Of a stretch of 40,062 bases of DNA, positions 20,129 through 30,667 are shown piece after piece. The DNA lies in contig CAYMAP010000001.1 of NCBI GenBank assembly GCA_964388425.1, forward strand, positions 1-40,062, in the 5' to 3' direction. Both the position numbers and the translations under genes were made by a program. Every line of letters starts with the position of its first letter. Position 1 is the first letter of the stretch. Below the pieces are notes generated by a model. It was not told the DNA's origin, did not search any database, and saw only the letters and a program-made list of their open reading frames with translations. The DNA is from an uncultured Planctomycetaceae bacterium. Its GTDB lineage: Bacteria; Planctomycetota; Phycisphaerae; SM23-33.

Positions 20129-22204
20129 ATGGCCAAGGACCTTAGGACAATCCGCAACCTGGGCATCTGTGCCCACATCGACGCCGGCAAAACGACGGTG
20201 ACCGAGCGGATTCTGTTCTTTGCGGGCCGAACGTACAAGATCGGCGAGGTCCACGACGGCACGGCCGTGATGGACTATCTCGAAGAGGAGCAGCAGCGGG
20301 GGATCACGATCACCTCGGCGGCGACGACGTTCGAGTGGCTCGATCACACGATCAACCTCATCGACACGCCGGGGCACGTGGACTTCACCGTCGAGGTCGA
20401 GCGGTCGCTGCGTGTGCTGGACGGGATGGTTGCGGTGTTCTGTGCGGTCGGCGGCGTCGAGGCTCAGTCGGAGACGGTGTGGCGTCAGGCGGACCGGTAT
20501 CGGGTGCCTCGCCTTTGCTTCATCAACAAGATGGACCGCACGGGGGCGGACTTCGAGATGGCGTTGCGGGACATTCGGGATCGGCTGCACGCCTCGCCCG
20601 TGCCGATTCAGTTGCCCATGGGGGCCGGGGAGGACTACCTCGGGCAGATCGACCTGATTCGCGAAAAAGCGTTGTTCTACGACGCCGACGAGGTCGCCAC
20701 CCGCGTTCGGGAAGAGGCCATCCCCGCCGAGTATGCCGAGGCCGTCGCCGTCGCCCGGGCGGAGATGCTCGAACGGGCGGCGGAGTTCGACGACGCCCTA
20801 ATGGAAAAGTACCTCGCCGAGGAAGCCCTCACGCCGGACGAAATCGTCGCGGGCCTGCGGGTCGGCACGCTGGCCGGCAAGTGCCAGCTCGTGCTGTGTG
20901 GCTCGGCGTTGAAGCACATGGGCATCCAGACGCTGCTCAGCGCGGCGGTGGATTTTCTGCCCAGCCCGCCGGAAGTCCCGCCCGTCCAGGGGCACAGCGA
21001 GAGCGACGGCGGGGAGGAACTCCTCCGCCATGCCGACCCGTCCGAGCCGTTTGCAGCGCTGGTCTTCAAGATCGTCTCGGACAAGCACGGCGACCTGAAC
21101 TTCGCGCGGATTTACAGCGGGACCCTCAAGAGCGGCACGCGGGTGCTTAACAGCACCCAGGGGCGGAAGGAAAACATTTCCCGCATCTGGGAGATGCACG
21201 CCAAGCAGCGCAACGCCCGGGAAGAAGCCTCCGCGGGTGACATCGTCGCGCTGGTCGGGCTGCGCGAGAGCGTCACGGGCGACACGCTGTGCGACACGAA
21301 ACACCCCATCGTTCTGGAGCGCTTGAAATTTCCCGACCCGGTCATCAGCATGTCCATCGAGCCGAGGACCAACGCCGACAAGCAGGCGCTCGGCGAGGCC
21401 CTCAACACGCTGCAGCGCGAGGACCCGAGCTTCAAATACAGCTATCACGATGAAACCGGCCAGACCGTCATCAGCGGCATGGGCGAGCTGCACCTGGAGA
21501 TCGTCAAGCACAAGATCATGCGCGAGCAGGGGCTGGAGGTCCGCGTCGGCAAGCCGCGGGTCAGCTACAAGGAGACGATCAGCCAGCCGGCCGAGACCGA
21601 GGGCCGATTCGTCCGTCAGACCGGCGGGCGGGGGCAGTTCGCGGTGGTCAGCCTCCGCGTCGATCCGATCACGCCCGAGAAGGGCGAGGAGCCCATCCAG
21701 TTCGTCAACGCCGTCAAGGGCGGGGCGATTTCGAAGGAATACATCCAGCCCGTCGCCCAGGGCGTGCGGGACGCCTCGACGTCGGGGCCTCTTGCGGGGT
21801 ATCCGATGCTGAACCTCCGCGTGACGCTCCTGGACGGCCAGGAGCACCCTGTCGACAGCAGCGAGCTGGCCTTCGAGCAGGCGGGCGTGATCGCCTTCAA
21901 CCAGGCGGTCGAGGAGGCCCGGCCGGTGTTCCTCGAACCGGTGATGCGCCTGCAGGTAACGACCCCGGAAGAGTTTTTCGGTGCGGTCACGGGCGACCTG
22001 ACGGCCCGGCGGGGCATCATCCGGGGCCAGGACCCCAAGGGCAGCTACCGCGTTCTGACCGCTGAGGTCCCCCTGGCTGAGTTGTTCGGATACACCACGC
22101 ACCTGCGGTCCCTCACCCAGGGCCGGGCCAACAGCACCATGGAGCCGCTGACCTACGGCGTCGCCCCCCAGCAGGTGGCGGACAATATTTTGAAATACGT
22201 CTGA
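20129..22204 (+). CDS. fusA: Elongation factor G
   Basis: [37 protein letters not shown] and NKMDR, with full-length EF-G homology. The track ORF begins 33 nt earlier. Confidence 0.97.
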   Translation: MAKDLRTIRNLGICAHIDAGKTTVTERILFFAGRTYKIGEVHDGTAVMDYLEEEQQRGITITSAATTFEWLDHTINLIDTPGHVDFTVEVERSLRVLDGMVAVFCAVGGVEAQSETVWRQADRYRVPRLCFINKMDRTGADFEMALRDIRDRLHASPVPIQLPMGAGEDYLGQIDLIREKALFYDADEVATRVREEAIPAEYAEAVAVARAEMLERAAEFDDALMEKYLAEEALTPDEIVAGLRVGTLAGKCQLVLCGSALKHMGIQTLLSAAVDFLPSPPEVPPVQGHSESDGGEELLRHADPSEPFAALVFKIVSDKHGDLNFARIYSGTLKSGTRVLNSTQGRKENISRIWEMHAKQRNAREEASAGDIVALVGLRESVTGDTLCDTKHPIVLERLKFPDPVISMSIEPRTNADKQALGEALNTLQREDPSFKYSYHDETGQTVISGMGELHLEIVKHKIMREQGLEVRVGKPRVSYKETISQPAETEGRFVRQTGGRGQFAVVSLRVDPITPEKGEEPIQFVNAVKGGAISKEYIQPVAQGVRDASTSGPLAGYPMLNLRVTLLDGQEHPVDSSELAFEQAGVIAFNQAVEEARPVFLEPVMRLQVTTPEEFFGAVTGDLTARRGIIRGQDPKGSYRVLTAEVPLAELFGYTTHLRSLTQGRANSTMEPLTYGVAPQQVADNILKYV

Positions 22205-22349
22205 AAAAAAGTATCGGCCATGAGCTGTCAGCCAAGAATACAGCGACAGAAAAACACAACAGTGAGCAGCGATTGCCGGCTTTTTTGAGAGCCTGGCGAG
22301 CAAGCCAAGCAAGAAAGAAAAAAGTAACCAATATTTTTCAGATAGAGAA

Positions 22350-22381
22350 TTGACAAGAAATTAAAAATCTGAGAGTATATG
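22350..22381 (+). promoter_or_regulatory. Candidate S10-operon promoter with an AT-rich UP-like region
   Basis: TTGACA at 22350-22355. Candidate -10 elements are TGaGAGTAT (17-nt spacing, extended -10) or TATATG. Upstream is AAGAAAGAAAAAAGTAACCAATATTTTTCAGATAGAGAA. This leaves a leader of about 130 nt before rpsJ. Confidence 0.5.
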
Positions 22382-22517
22382 AGGCTCTGCACTTTCAGGC
22401 AGAGCAACCCGGTACCTGCGGCAAGTTTTGCGGCGGGAAAGGCTTGTCGGCGTCGGGAGCGATTTCGCCCAGCCGAGGCCGAGCCGGCATGGACCATGGA
22501 TTCCAGAAGGGACCGCG

Positions 22518-22832
22518 ATGGTGGCCAATCAGGACAGAATTCGGATTCGGATGGAAGCGTACGACCATCGTTCGCTGGACAGTTCGGCCAAGGAGATCGG
22601 CGAGCACGCCGAGCGGACCGGCGCACGTGTTTGCGGCCCGATTCCGCTGCCGACGCGGATCGAGCGGTATACCGTCCTGCGGAGTCCGCACGTGGACAAG
22701 AAGTCCCGCGAGCAGTTCGAGATGCGGACGCACAAGCGGATCATCGACATTTACGAACCGACCGTCCGGACGATCGAGGCGCTGAACCGCCTGGTCGTTC
22801 CGGCGGGCGTGTTCATCAAGATCAAGGCGTAG
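22518..22832 (+). CDS. rpsJ: 30S ribosomal protein S10
   Basis: [21 protein letters not shown]...[39 protein letters not shown]. Confidence 0.97.
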   Translation: MVANQDRIRIRMEAYDHRSLDSSAKEIGEHAERTGARVCGPIPLPTRIERYTVLRSPHVDKKSREQFEMRTHKRIIDIYEPTVRTIEALNRLVVPAGVFIKIKA

Positions 22833-22918
22833 TGTCTTCCGGCCGGGTTTTTGGCCCCGGTTGGTTGACGGACAAGACCGGCTCTGCCCGAGCGGCAACC
22901 GGCGTGAGGTAAGGAAAG

Positions 22919-23578
22919 ATGCTACCGGCGTTGTTGGGCAAAAAAATCGGCATGACGCAGGTCTACGACGAAACCGGCGTGCTGCACCCGGTGACGGTCG
23001 TCCAGGCCGGCCCGTGCGTGGTCACGCAGATCAAGACACCCGAGACCGACGGGTACTCGGCGTTGCAGATGGGGTTCGAGGACCTCAAGGCGCACCGCGC
23101 GGCCCAGCCGCTGATCGGTCACGTCGGCAAGGCGGGCGTCAGCCCGAAGCGGTACGTCGGCGAGGTGCGTCTCGAGACCCTGCCGGAGCAAGCCGAGCCG
23201 GGCGCGACCATTACGGTCGAGGCCTTCCAGGGCGTGGAGTTCGTGGACGTTACGGGCACGAGCAAGGGCAAAGGGTTCGCCGGCGGGATGAAGCGGCACG
23301 GATTCGGTGGCCTGCCGGCCAGCCACGGCACGGAGCGGAAGCACCGCAGCCCCGGCTCGATCGGCGGGCACGCGACGAACCTCGGGACCGGCCCGAAGCC
23401 CAAGAAGGGCAAGCGGATGGCCGGGCACATGGGCTCGGAGCGGTGCACGACGCGGAACTGCAAGCTCGTCGGCATCGACACCGAACACCACCTGCTGCTG
23501 ATTCGCGGCTCGCTGCCGGGCGCCAAGGGCGGGCTGCTGAACGTGCGGAAGTCCAAGACGGCCCGGGTGAAGGCCTAG
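22919..23578 (+). CDS. rplC: 50S ribosomal protein L3
   Basis: LLGKKIGMTQVYDETG...VTGTSKGKGFAGGMKRHGF is typical of L3. Confidence 0.97.
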   Translation: MLPALLGKKIGMTQVYDETGVLHPVTVVQAGPCVVTQIKTPETDGYSALQMGFEDLKAHRAAQPLIGHVGKAGVSPKRYVGEVRLETLPEQAEPGATITVEAFQGVEFVDVTGTSKGKGFAGGMKRHGFGGLPASHGTERKHRSPGSIGGHATNLGTGPKPKKGKRMAGHMGSERCTTRNCKLVGIDTEHHLLLIRGSLPGAKGGLLNVRKSKTARVKA

Positions 23579-23590
23579 AGGTGCAGCGCG

Positions 23591-24220
23591 ATGCTTGAGA
23601 TACCAGTCTACAACACGAGCGGCCAGAAGGTCGAAAGCCTCCAGGTCGACGAACAGGAGTTCGGCGGGCGGGTCAATCCGGACCTGCTCAAGCAGGCGAT
23701 GGTGGCCTACCAGGCGAACCGCCGGCAGGGATCGGCCAAGAACCGCAGCCGGGGCGAGATGGCCTACTCGACCAAGAAGATGTACCGCCAGAAGGGTACG
23801 GGCAACGCCCGTCACGGCCCGCGTGGCGTGAACCTGATGCGCGGCGGGGGGGTGGCGTTTGCGAAGCGTCCTCGCGACTTCCGGCAGAAGCTGTCGAAAA
23901 AGATGCGCCGCGCCGCGCTGAACACAGCGTTGCTGGCGAAGATCCTTGGCGAGGACCTCTGCGTGGTCGACGGGCTGGAGTTCAGCGAGCCGCGTACGAA
24001 GCAGATGGCCGACGTAATGAAGAACCTGAAGATCAACCGTTCCTGTCTGCTGGCGATCGACCAGCAGGACAGAAACCTGTTTCTGTCCTGCCGGAATCTC
24101 CCGGACGTGACGGTTCGCCCGACGGGAGAGTTGAATGCCTACGACGTGGCGGCGAGACAGAAGATGGTCCTGACGCGCCAGGCCCTGGAAAGCCTGCGGA
24201 ACCGGGAGCCGGTGACATGA
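23591..24220 (+). CDS. rplD: 50S ribosomal protein L4
   Basis: RQGSAKNRSRGEMAYSTKKMYRQKGTGNARHG is the L4 signature. The stop overlaps the rplW ATG (ATGA). Confidence 0.96.
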   Translation: MLEIPVYNTSGQKVESLQVDEQEFGGRVNPDLLKQAMVAYQANRRQGSAKNRSRGEMAYSTKKMYRQKGTGNARHGPRGVNLMRGGGVAFAKRPRDFRQKLSKKMRRAALNTALLAKILGEDLCVVDGLEFSEPRTKQMADVMKNLKINRSCLLAIDQQDRNLFLSCRNLPDVTVRPTGELNAYDVAARQKMVLTRQALESLRNREPVT

Positions 24221-24501
24221 AAGATGAAATCTACGACGTGGTGGTCCGCCCGTTAGTGACGGAGAAGGGAACCTTCCAGTCCCGTGCTCTGAATGCGTAT
24301 GCGTTCGAGGTCTCCGCCAAGGCGAACAAGGCGCAGATCAAGCACGCGATCGAAAAGCTGTACGACGTGAAGGTCAAGGACGTTCGCACGGCCAACCGCA
24401 AGGGCAAGCCCCGCCGGACCGGCCGGGTCATGAGCGCTACGAAGCACTGGAAGAAGGCTGTCGTCGTCCTGGACGGCGAGCACCACATCGACCTGTTCTG
24501 A
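24217..24501 (+). CDS. rplW: 50S ribosomal protein L23
   Basis: VVRPLVTEKGT...FEVSAKANKAQIKHAIEKLYDVKVKDVRT. Confidence 0.96.
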   Translation: MKDEIYDVVVRPLVTEKGTFQSRALNAYAFEVSAKANKAQIKHAIEKLYDVKVKDVRTANRKGKPRRTGRVMSATKHWKKAVVVLDGEHHIDLF

Positions 24502-24508
24502 CGGTGTA

Positions 24509-24585
24509 GCACAGTCGCCCCGGCTGTGGAATGACGGTGAAGGACCGCACAACACGGAACGGCAACTCGGCCGAGGACGGCTGAG
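24509..24585. repeat. Composite REP-like element (family B hairpin plus family C hairpin) in the rplW-rplB spacer
   Basis: GCACAGTCGCCCCGGCTGTGGA at 24509-24530 is identical to 35423-35444. Hairpin CTCGGCCG-AGGA-CGGCTGAG at 24566-24585 matches CTCAGCCG-AGGG-CGGCTGAG at 35472-35491. Confidence 0.75.
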
Positions 24586-24638
24586 CCACACGGTACAAAT
24601 TCATTTGGACAGGTCGGGAAGCGAGTAAGGAACCAGCC

Positions 24639-25490
24639 ATGCCCATCAAGAAATACAAGCGAACGACGGCCGGTCGTCGGAATTCGTCGGTGCAGGTCCG
24701 CGAGGACGTCACCACGGACAAGCCGGAAAAGTCGCTGCTGCGTCCGCTGAAGAAGCACGGCGGGCGGAACCACAGCGGGAAGATCACCTCACGGCACCGC
24801 GGCGGCGGGCACAAGAGGCGGTACCGGGTGATCGACTTCCGCCGGAATCGCGACGGCGAGCCGGCCGAGGTCCTGACGATCGAGTACGATCCGAACCGTT
24901 CGTGCAACATTGCGCTGGTGCAGTACCCCGACGGCGAGAAGCGGTACATCCTCGCGCCGCTGGGTCTGAAGGTCGGCCAGAGCATTCTGAGCGGTCCGGA
25001 CGCCGAGCCGAAACGCGGCAACTGCCTGCCTCTGGCGAAGATTCCCATGGGCATGGACATTCACAACATCGAGATGACGCCCGGTCGGGGCGGGCAGATG
25101 GTCCGCACGGCGGGGGGGGCGGCGAGGCTGGTCGCGCGGGAAGGCAACCGCGCAACGCTGATGCTGCCCAGCGGCGAGATGCGGGTCGTCAGCGCCACGT
25201 GCCGGGCCACCATCGGACAACTGGGCAACCTTGAGCACATGTCGGTCCGGCTGGGCAAGGCCGGTCGCAAGCGCCACCTCGGTCGGCGTCCGAAGGTGCG
25301 AGGCTCGGCGATGAACCCCGTGGACCACCCGATGGGCGGCGGGGAGGGCCGACGCGCCGGCGGGCGGCACCCGATGAGCCCGACGGGCAAGCTCTCCAAG
25401 GGCGGCAAGACCCGCAAGAAGCGGAAGTCCTCAAACAAACTGATCCTCCGCCGACGCCGTAACAAGCGTGCCGGCCAACTGGTCCTGTAA
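24639..25490 (+). CDS. rplB: 50S ribosomal protein L2
   Basis: [22 protein letters not shown]...HPMGGGEGR is typical of L2. Confidence 0.98.
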   Translation: MPIKKYKRTTAGRRNSSVQVREDVTTDKPEKSLLRPLKKHGGRNHSGKITSRHRGGGHKRRYRVIDFRRNRDGEPAEVLTIEYDPNRSCNIALVQYPDGEKRYILAPLGLKVGQSILSGPDAEPKRGNCLPLAKIPMGMDIHNIEMTPGRGGQMVRTAGGAARLVAREGNRATLMLPSGEMRVVSATCRATIGQLGNLEHMSVRLGKAGRKRHLGRRPKVRGSAMNPVDHPMGGGEGRRAGGRHPMSPTGKLSKGGKTRKKRKSSNKLILRRRRNKRAGQLVL

Positions 25491-25505
25491 CCCTGGAGCC
25501 AACGG

Positions 25506-25772
25506 ATGACGCGAAGCACGAAAAAAGGACCGTTCGTCGACGAGAAACTCTTCGGCAAGGTGATGCGCGCCAAGGACAGCGGCGACCGCAGCCCCATCCG
25601 GACCTGGGCGCGGTCCTGCACGATCGTCCCGGAGTTCATCGGGCACACCTTTGCGGTACACAACGGCAAGACATTCAACAACGTGATGGTCACCGAGGAC
25701 ATGGTGGGCCACAAGCTGGGCGAGTTCAGTCCGACCCGGCTGTTCCGTGGTCACACGCTCGGCCGGGCCTGA
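25506..25772 (+). CDS. rpsS: 30S ribosomal protein S19
   Basis: [15 protein letters not shown]...[12 protein letters not shown]...[13 protein letters not shown]. Confidence 0.97.
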   Translation: MTRSTKKGPFVDEKLFGKVMRAKDSGDRSPIRTWARSCTIVPEFIGHTFAVHNGKTFNNVMVTEDMVGHKLGEFSPTRLFRGHTLGRA

Positions 25773-25792
25773 AGCAGCAGGAGTCGACCCCG

Positions 25793-26122
25793 ATGCCCTG
25801 GACAGCGAGACATCGATTCGCCCGCATCAGCCCGCGGAAAGTGAGGCTGATTGCGGACATGGTACGCGGCCTGGACGCCCAGGACGCGCTGAACGTGTTG
25901 AAGTTCACCCCCAACCGCGCCGCGCCGATGCTCTCGAAGGTGCTCACCAGCGCCCTGGCCAGCGCCAACGAAGCCGAGGCCGCCATGGACTCCCTCTTCA
26001 TCCGCGAAGTTCGCATCGACGAGGGCCCGACCATGAAACGCTTTCGCCCCAAGGACCGCGGTCGGGCGCACGGAATACTCAAGCGGACCAGCCATATTTC
26101 CGTCACCGTTGACGAGGACTAG
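25793..26122 (+). CDS. rplV: 50S ribosomal protein L22
   Basis: ARISPRKVRLIADMVRG...RFRPKDRGRAHGILKRTSHISV. Confidence 0.96.
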   Translation: MPWTARHRFARISPRKVRLIADMVRGLDAQDALNVLKFTPNRAAPMLSKVLTSALASANEAEAAMDSLFIREVRIDEGPTMKRFRPKDRGRAHGILKRTSHISVTVDED

Positions 26123-26139
26123 GAACACACGAGGACAGT

Positions 26140-27066
26140 ATGGGCCAGAAGATCAACCCAACAGGATTCCGCACCGGCGTGACGATCGGCTGGAAAAGCC
26201 GATGGTTCGCCCCCAAGAGCAACTACGGCGAGTTCTTGGTCGAAGACGCCAGGATTCGCAAGTTTCTCGACGACCGTTTGAACCGCCAGCCCCCGTTCGG
26301 CGGTGTCAGCAGCATCGAGATCGAACGGACGCGGGAAGAGGTCAAGGTCATCCTGCGGACGGCCCGGCCGGGCATCGTCATCGGGCCCAAGGGCGCGGAG
26401 GTCGAGAACCTCAAGAGCGCCCTGGAAGACCTGACGAACCGGCGGGTGAACATCAGCATCATCGAGGTGCGGAACCCGGACCTCGACGCCCAGCTCGTCG
26501 CTGAGGGCATCAGCGAGCAGCTCAAGCGGCGGAGCAGTTTCCGCCGGGCCATGAAGCAGCGGGCTGAGTCCACCCTCCAGGCCGGCGCGAAGGGCGTGAA
26601 GATCCAGATATCCGGACGACTGGGCGGGGCGGAAATGTCCCGAACCGAGCAGACCATCCGCGGGAGCATCCCGCTGCACACCCTGGAAGCGGACGTGGAT
26701 TACGGATTCGTGCATTGTTTCACGACGTACGGCGCCATCGGCGTGAAGGTGTGGGTCTATCGCGGGATGTTCGGTGAACAGACCGAAGAGGCCGCCCCCG
26801 CGCCGCGGGGTCGATCCGAGCGCCGTGGCCGGCGGAGTCGATCCGGTGGCGCTGGCGGTCGACCGCAGCGTGACGGCGGCGCCCGGAAGCCTGACTCGAA
26901 GGGATCGGCCCAGACGCAAACCCCGCCCCGGACCGTCAGCGAACCGGCGCCGAAACAAGAGACCAAGCCCCAGGCCGAGGCTCCCGACCTGCCTCAGCAG
27001 CCCGCACCGGCTCCTGCCGCGCAGCCGCAACCGGACAGCACCGAGACGAACGACGATCAGGCCTGA
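26140..27066 (+). CDS. rpsC: 30S ribosomal protein S3 with a low-complexity C-terminal extension of about 100 aa
   Basis: MGQKINPTGFRTGV... and a KH domain, GRLGGAEMSRTE. The tail is rich in R/G, then P/Q/A. Confidence 0.97.
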   Translation: MGQKINPTGFRTGVTIGWKSRWFAPKSNYGEFLVEDARIRKFLDDRLNRQPPFGGVSSIEIERTREEVKVILRTARPGIVIGPKGAEVENLKSALEDLTNRRVNISIIEVRNPDLDAQLVAEGISEQLKRRSSFRRAMKQRAESTLQAGAKGVKIQISGRLGGAEMSRTEQTIRGSIPLHTLEADVDYGFVHCFTTYGAIGVKVWVYRGMFGEQTEEAAPAPRGRSERRGRRSRSGGAGGRPQRDGGARKPDSKGSAQTQTPPRTVSEPAPKQETKPQAEAPDLPQQPAPAPAAQPQPDSTETNDDQA

Positions 27067-27086
27067 CCTGAGACGAGGACGCAACC

Positions 27087-27506
27087 ATGCCTTTGATGCC
27101 CAAACGAATCAAGCACCGCAAGCAGCAGCGCGGAACAATGCGCGGCAACGCGACGCGTGGGAACACGGTGGCGTTCGGCGAGTTCGGCCTGCAGGCGATG
27201 GGCGGCGGTTGGATCACGGCCCGGCAGATCGAGGCCGGCCGAGTCGCCGCGACACACTTTCTCCACCGTGAGGGGCGGGTGTACATCCGGGTGTTTCCGG
27301 ACAAGCCCATCAGTGCCAAGCCTCTGGAAACCCGCATGGGCAAGGGCAAGGGCGAGACCGCGCATTGGGTGGCGTGCGTCAAGCCCGGGACGGTGCTGTT
27401 TGAAATCGGCGGCGTGGACGAAGACCTCGCCCGGGACGCGCTGCGTCGCGTCTCGCACAAGATGCCCGTGGTCTGCCGGATGATCCACCGCAAGACCACG
27501 CATTGA
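27087..27506 (+). CDS. rplP: 50S ribosomal protein L16
   Basis: MPLMPKRIKHRKQQRG...RMGKGKGETAHWVACVKPGTVLFEI. Confidence 0.97.
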   Translation: MPLMPKRIKHRKQQRGTMRGNATRGNTVAFGEFGLQAMGGGWITARQIEAGRVAATHFLHREGRVYIRVFPDKPISAKPLETRMGKGKGETAHWVACVKPGTVLFEIGGVDEDLARDALRRVSHKMPVVCRMIHRKTTH

Positions 27507-27542
27507 CCGGAACCAGCCCCAACCATCGAGGCGACGGACATC

Positions 27543-27752
27543 ATGAAGATAAGTGAAATACGCAACATGAAGGACGACGAGCTGCAGAACGAACTGGGCC
27601 GGCTGCGCCGGCACGTGTTCGATCTCCGCAGCCAGTCGGTGACCGAAAAAGTCGAAGACCCTTCGATGCTGACCAAGGCCCGCCGGGACATCGCCCGTAT
27701 TCTGACGGTGATCCACGAGCGTGAGCAGCAGGCAGCGGAGCAGGCCTCCTAG
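27543..27752 (+). CDS. rpmC: 50S ribosomal protein L29
   Basis: MKISEIRNMKDDELQNELGRLRRHVFDLRSQ. Confidence 0.93.
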   Translation: MKISEIRNMKDDELQNELGRLRRHVFDLRSQSVTEKVEDPSMLTKARRDIARILTVIHEREQQAAEQAS

Positions 27753-27770
27753 CCAAGGCGGTAGCAAAGC

Positions 27771-28097
27771 ATGACAGACGAACAGGCAATGGAACAGACG
27801 ATCGATCCCCCCCAGACGGGCGACGCCCCCGCGAGCGATGTGCCACAGGCCCGGCGAGCGCGGATCGGGCAGGTCATCAGTGCCGCTCACAACAAGACCT
27901 GCCGGGTGCAGGTGGACCATCTGGCCAAGCACCCGATGTACAACAAGTATGTCCGCCGGAGCACGAAATTGCTCGTCCACGACGAGCTCGGCCAGGCGGG
28001 CGTGGGCGATACGGTGGAGATCGTACCCTGCCGTCGACTGTCGAAACACAAGGCGCATCGACTGGTGAAGATCCTTCGCCGGTCCGAAGCGAAGTAA
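27771..28097 (+). CDS. rpsQ: 30S ribosomal protein S17 (with an N-terminal extension)
   Basis: GQVISAAHNKTCRVQVDHLAKHPMYNKYVRRSTKLLVHDE...GDTVEIVPCRRLSKHK. Confidence 0.95.
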   Translation: MTDEQAMEQTIDPPQTGDAPASDVPQARRARIGQVISAAHNKTCRVQVDHLAKHPMYNKYVRRSTKLLVHDELGQAGVGDTVEIVPCRRLSKHKAHRLVKILRRSEAK

Positions 28098-28118
28098 CCC
28101 CAGCCAGAGGACCAAGCC

Positions 28119-28511
28119 GTGATTCAGCAGGAAACGCGACTGGACGTAGCCGACAACACCGGCGCCCGCATTGTCGGGTGCATCAAGGTGCTGGGCGGTT
28201 CGACGACCCGCCGGGGCGGGAGCTTGACCCGCCGGACGGCGTCGCTGGGCGACGTGATTGTCTGCTCGGTGAAGAAGGCCATGCCGGGCGGAGAGGTCAA
28301 GGAAGGCGACATCGTCCAATGCGTGATCGTGCGGACCGCCAAGCCCGCCCGCCGCAGCGACGGCAGCTACGTGCGATTCGACCGGAACGCGGCGGTGATC
28401 ATCGACAAGGACGGCAACCCGCGCGGGACGCGCATCTTCGGCGCGGTGGCCCGCGAGCTCCGCGAGAAGAATTACATGAAGATCGTTTCGCTGGCTTCGG
28501 AGGTGATCTGA
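28119..28511 (+). CDS. rplN: 50S ribosomal protein L14
   Basis: GTG start. [17 protein letters not shown]...IKVLGG...[11 protein letters not shown]...IRFDRNA-like segment. There is a short Arg-rich insertion after VLGGS. Confidence 0.96.
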   Translation: MIQQETRLDVADNTGARIVGCIKVLGGSTTRRGGSLTRRTASLGDVIVCSVKKAMPGGEVKEGDIVQCVIVRTAKPARRSDGSYVRFDRNAAVIIDKDGNPRGTRIFGAVARELREKNYMKIVSLASEVI

Positions 28512-28513
28512 CG

Positions 28514-28852
28514 ATGGCAACGCATGTGAAAAAAGGCGATACCGTGGTCGTCCTCGCCGGCGATGACAAGGGCAAGACCGGCGAGGTTCTGCGGGTCGAC
28601 GCAGGCAGCGGGAAGGTCCTTGTCCAGGGGGTCAACCGGGTCTATCGGCACATGAGGCCCTCCCGGCAGCATCCCCAGGGCGGGCGGATTCAGAAGGAAA
28701 TGCCCATCCACATCTCGAACGTCCTGCCGGTCGATCCGGAGACCTCCCAGCCGACGCGGGTGGGGTATCGGCTGGGTTCGGACGACAGCAAGGAACGGAT
28801 CGCGCGGAAGAGCGGCAAGAGCCTCGGCATGGTCCGCAAGGCCGGTTCGTAG
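28514..28852 (+). CDS. rplX: 50S ribosomal protein L24
   Basis: MATHVKKGDTVVVLAGDDKGKTGEVLRV (KOW motif). The track ORF 28178-28852 includes an out-of-gene upstream read-through over rplN. Confidence 0.95.
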   Translation: MATHVKKGDTVVVLAGDDKGKTGEVLRVDAGSGKVLVQGVNRVYRHMRPSRQHPQGGRIQKEMPIHISNVLPVDPETSQPTRVGYRLGSDDSKERIARKSGKSLGMVRKAGS

Positions 28853-28868
28853 GCAGGAGTGACGCAGT

Positions 28869-29414
28869 ATGCCAGTACGTTTACAGGAACAATACGCCAC
28901 GCAAGTCGCCCCGTCGCTGAAGGAGCGGTTTGAGATCTCCAACGCGATGGCCGTGCCGCGGCTGAAAAAAATCGTCATCTCGATGGGCGTCGGCGACGCC
29001 CGCGAGGACAAGTCGAAGCTGGAGACGGCCCAGCAGCAGTTGACGCTGATCGCCGGGCAGAAGCCCTTGGTGAGCAAGGCGAAGAAGGCCGTCAGCAACT
29101 TCAATCTCCGCGAAGGCATGCCCGTGGGGTTGAAGGTGACCCTCCGGCGGGAACGGATGTACGAGTTCCTCGATCGGCTGGTCTCCATCGCCATCCCGCG
29201 GGTCAAGGATTTTCGCGGGCTGAACCCCTCGGGGTTCGACGGTCGGGGCAACTACAACATGGGCCTGGCCGAGCAGTCGGTCTTCCCGGAGATCGATCCG
29301 AGTACGATCACGTTTACGCAGGGCATGAACATCAATTTCCAGACCACCGCGCCGAACGACGAGCAGGCCCGGGAGTTACTCTCCCGGCTGGGCATGCCGT
29401 TCCGCGAATCGTAA
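28869..29414 (+). CDS. rplE: 50S ribosomal protein L5
   Basis: RLQEQY...PRLKKIVISMGVG...FRGLNPSGFDGRGNYNMGLAEQSVFPEI. Confidence 0.97.
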   Translation: MPVRLQEQYATQVAPSLKERFEISNAMAVPRLKKIVISMGVGDAREDKSKLETAQQQLTLIAGQKPLVSKAKKAVSNFNLREGMPVGLKVTLRRERMYEFLDRLVSIAIPRVKDFRGLNPSGFDGRGNYNMGLAEQSVFPEIDPSTITFTQGMNINFQTTAPNDEQARELLSRLGMPFRES

Positions 29415-29432
29415 CCCAAGGACACCGAGCCG

Positions 29433-29618
29433 ATGGCAACCAAAGCACTGATCGCCAAATCCAAACGCAGGCCGAAGTATTCCACGCGGATCATCCGCCG
29501 GTGCGAATTGTGCGGCCGGCCGAGAAGCGTCTACCGCAAGTTCAAGATTTGCCGAATCTGCCTGCGAAACATGGCCAATCAGGGGCTGATCCCCGGGCTC
29601 AAAAAAGCCAGCTGGTAA
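29433..29618 (+). CDS. rpsN: 30S ribosomal protein S14, short zinc-binding (type Z) form
   Basis: 61 aa, with CELCGRP...CRIC (CxxC...CxxC) and a terminal KKASW. Confidence 0.95.
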   Translation: MATKALIAKSKRRPKYSTRIIRRCELCGRPRSVYRKFKICRICLRNMANQGLIPGLKKASW

Positions 29619-29634
29619 ACGGAGAGCACGCCAG

Positions 29635-30033
29635 ATGAGTCTATCCGATCCGATCGCCGACATGTTAACCCGCGTCCGCAACGCATTGCGGAGCCGGCAC
29701 CAGACGGTCAATATCCGCGCTTCGAAGATTTGCGAAGGTATCTGCCGGGTCCTCAAGGACGAAGGGTTCATTGAGGAATACAAACGCATCGAGGACGGCC
29801 GACAGGGCATCCTGCGGGTGTACCTCAAGTACGGCCCGACGGGCGAGGACGTGGTGACGGAGCTGAAGCGCATCAGCAAGCCCGGCTGCCGGGTCTACAG
29901 CGGCGTGACGGACCTGCCTCGCCCGATCAGCGGACTGGGCATCGCGGTGGTCTCCACCAGCCGGGGCGTCCTGTCCGACCGCGAGTGCCGCCAGGAAAAG
30001 GTTGGCGGCGAAGTCCTCTGCCAGGTCAGTTGA
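29635..30033 (+). CDS. rpsH: 30S ribosomal protein S8
   Basis: MSLSDPIADMLTRVRNA...GIAVVSTSRGVLSD. Confidence 0.97.
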   Translation: MSLSDPIADMLTRVRNALRSRHQTVNIRASKICEGICRVLKDEGFIEEYKRIEDGRQGILRVYLKYGPTGEDVVTELKRISKPGCRVYSGVTDLPRPISGLGIAVVSTSRGVLSDRECRQEKVGGEVLCQVS

Positions 30034-30053
30034 CCCCAACCAGGAAACGAACC

Positions 30054-30626
30054 ATGTCACGAGTGGGACAAAAACCAATTCCGATTCCCAGCGGCGTGAA
30101 CGTCGCCATTGACGGGACGGACGTCACCGTCGAGGGCCCGCTGGGCAAGTTGAGTTTCTCGCATCGTCCGGAGATCACCGCGACCGTCGAGGGCGACCAG
30201 GTGGTCGTGACCCGTCATGACGAGGAGCGGGAAAGCCGGGCCCTGCACGGGCTGACGCGCAGCCTGATCGCCAACATGGTCCAGGGCGTCAGCACCGGGT
30301 ACAGCCGAAACCTCGAAGTGTACGGCGTGGGCTACGGCGTGGAACAGTCCGGCCAGACGCTGAGGATTACTTGCGGCAAGAGTCACCCGGAAGTCCTGAC
30401 GATCCCCGCCGGGGTGACCGTCGAGATCGCCACCGCCCAGGCGCGGGGCGACAACGACCCGGCGAAGTTCACGGTCAAGGGCCCCGACAAGCAGGCCGTC
30501 GGCGAGTTCGCCGCCCGCTGCCGACGCGCCCGACCCCCCGAGCCGTACAAAGGCAAGGGTGTGCGGTACGCTGACGAGTACGTCCGCCGAAAGGTGGGCA
30601 AGGCCTTCGCAGGTGGTGCAGCCTAA
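30054..30626 (+). CDS. rplF: 50S ribosomal protein L6
   Basis: [21 protein letters not shown]...[25 protein letters not shown] 30054 was chosen inside the longer track ORF. Confidence 0.96.
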   Translation: MSRVGQKPIPIPSGVNVAIDGTDVTVEGPLGKLSFSHRPEITATVEGDQVVVTRHDEERESRALHGLTRSLIANMVQGVSTGYSRNLEVYGVGYGVEQSGQTLRITCGKSHPEVLTIPAGVTVEIATAQARGDNDPAKFTVKGPDKQAVGEFAARCRRARPPEPYKGKGVRYADEYVRRKVGKAFAGGAA

Positions 30627-30667
30627 ATCGGCCCGGCCGATACGGGCGCCACGAACAGGTGTACATC

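Noticed and set aside
22205-22349. Looked for an intrinsic terminator after fusA, around the T6 run at 22280-22285.
   Set aside because: The only stem I can draw (TTGCCGGC / GCCTGGCGA, with a bulge) places the T run in the loop rather than after the stem. I found no convincing hairpin-plus-U-tract.
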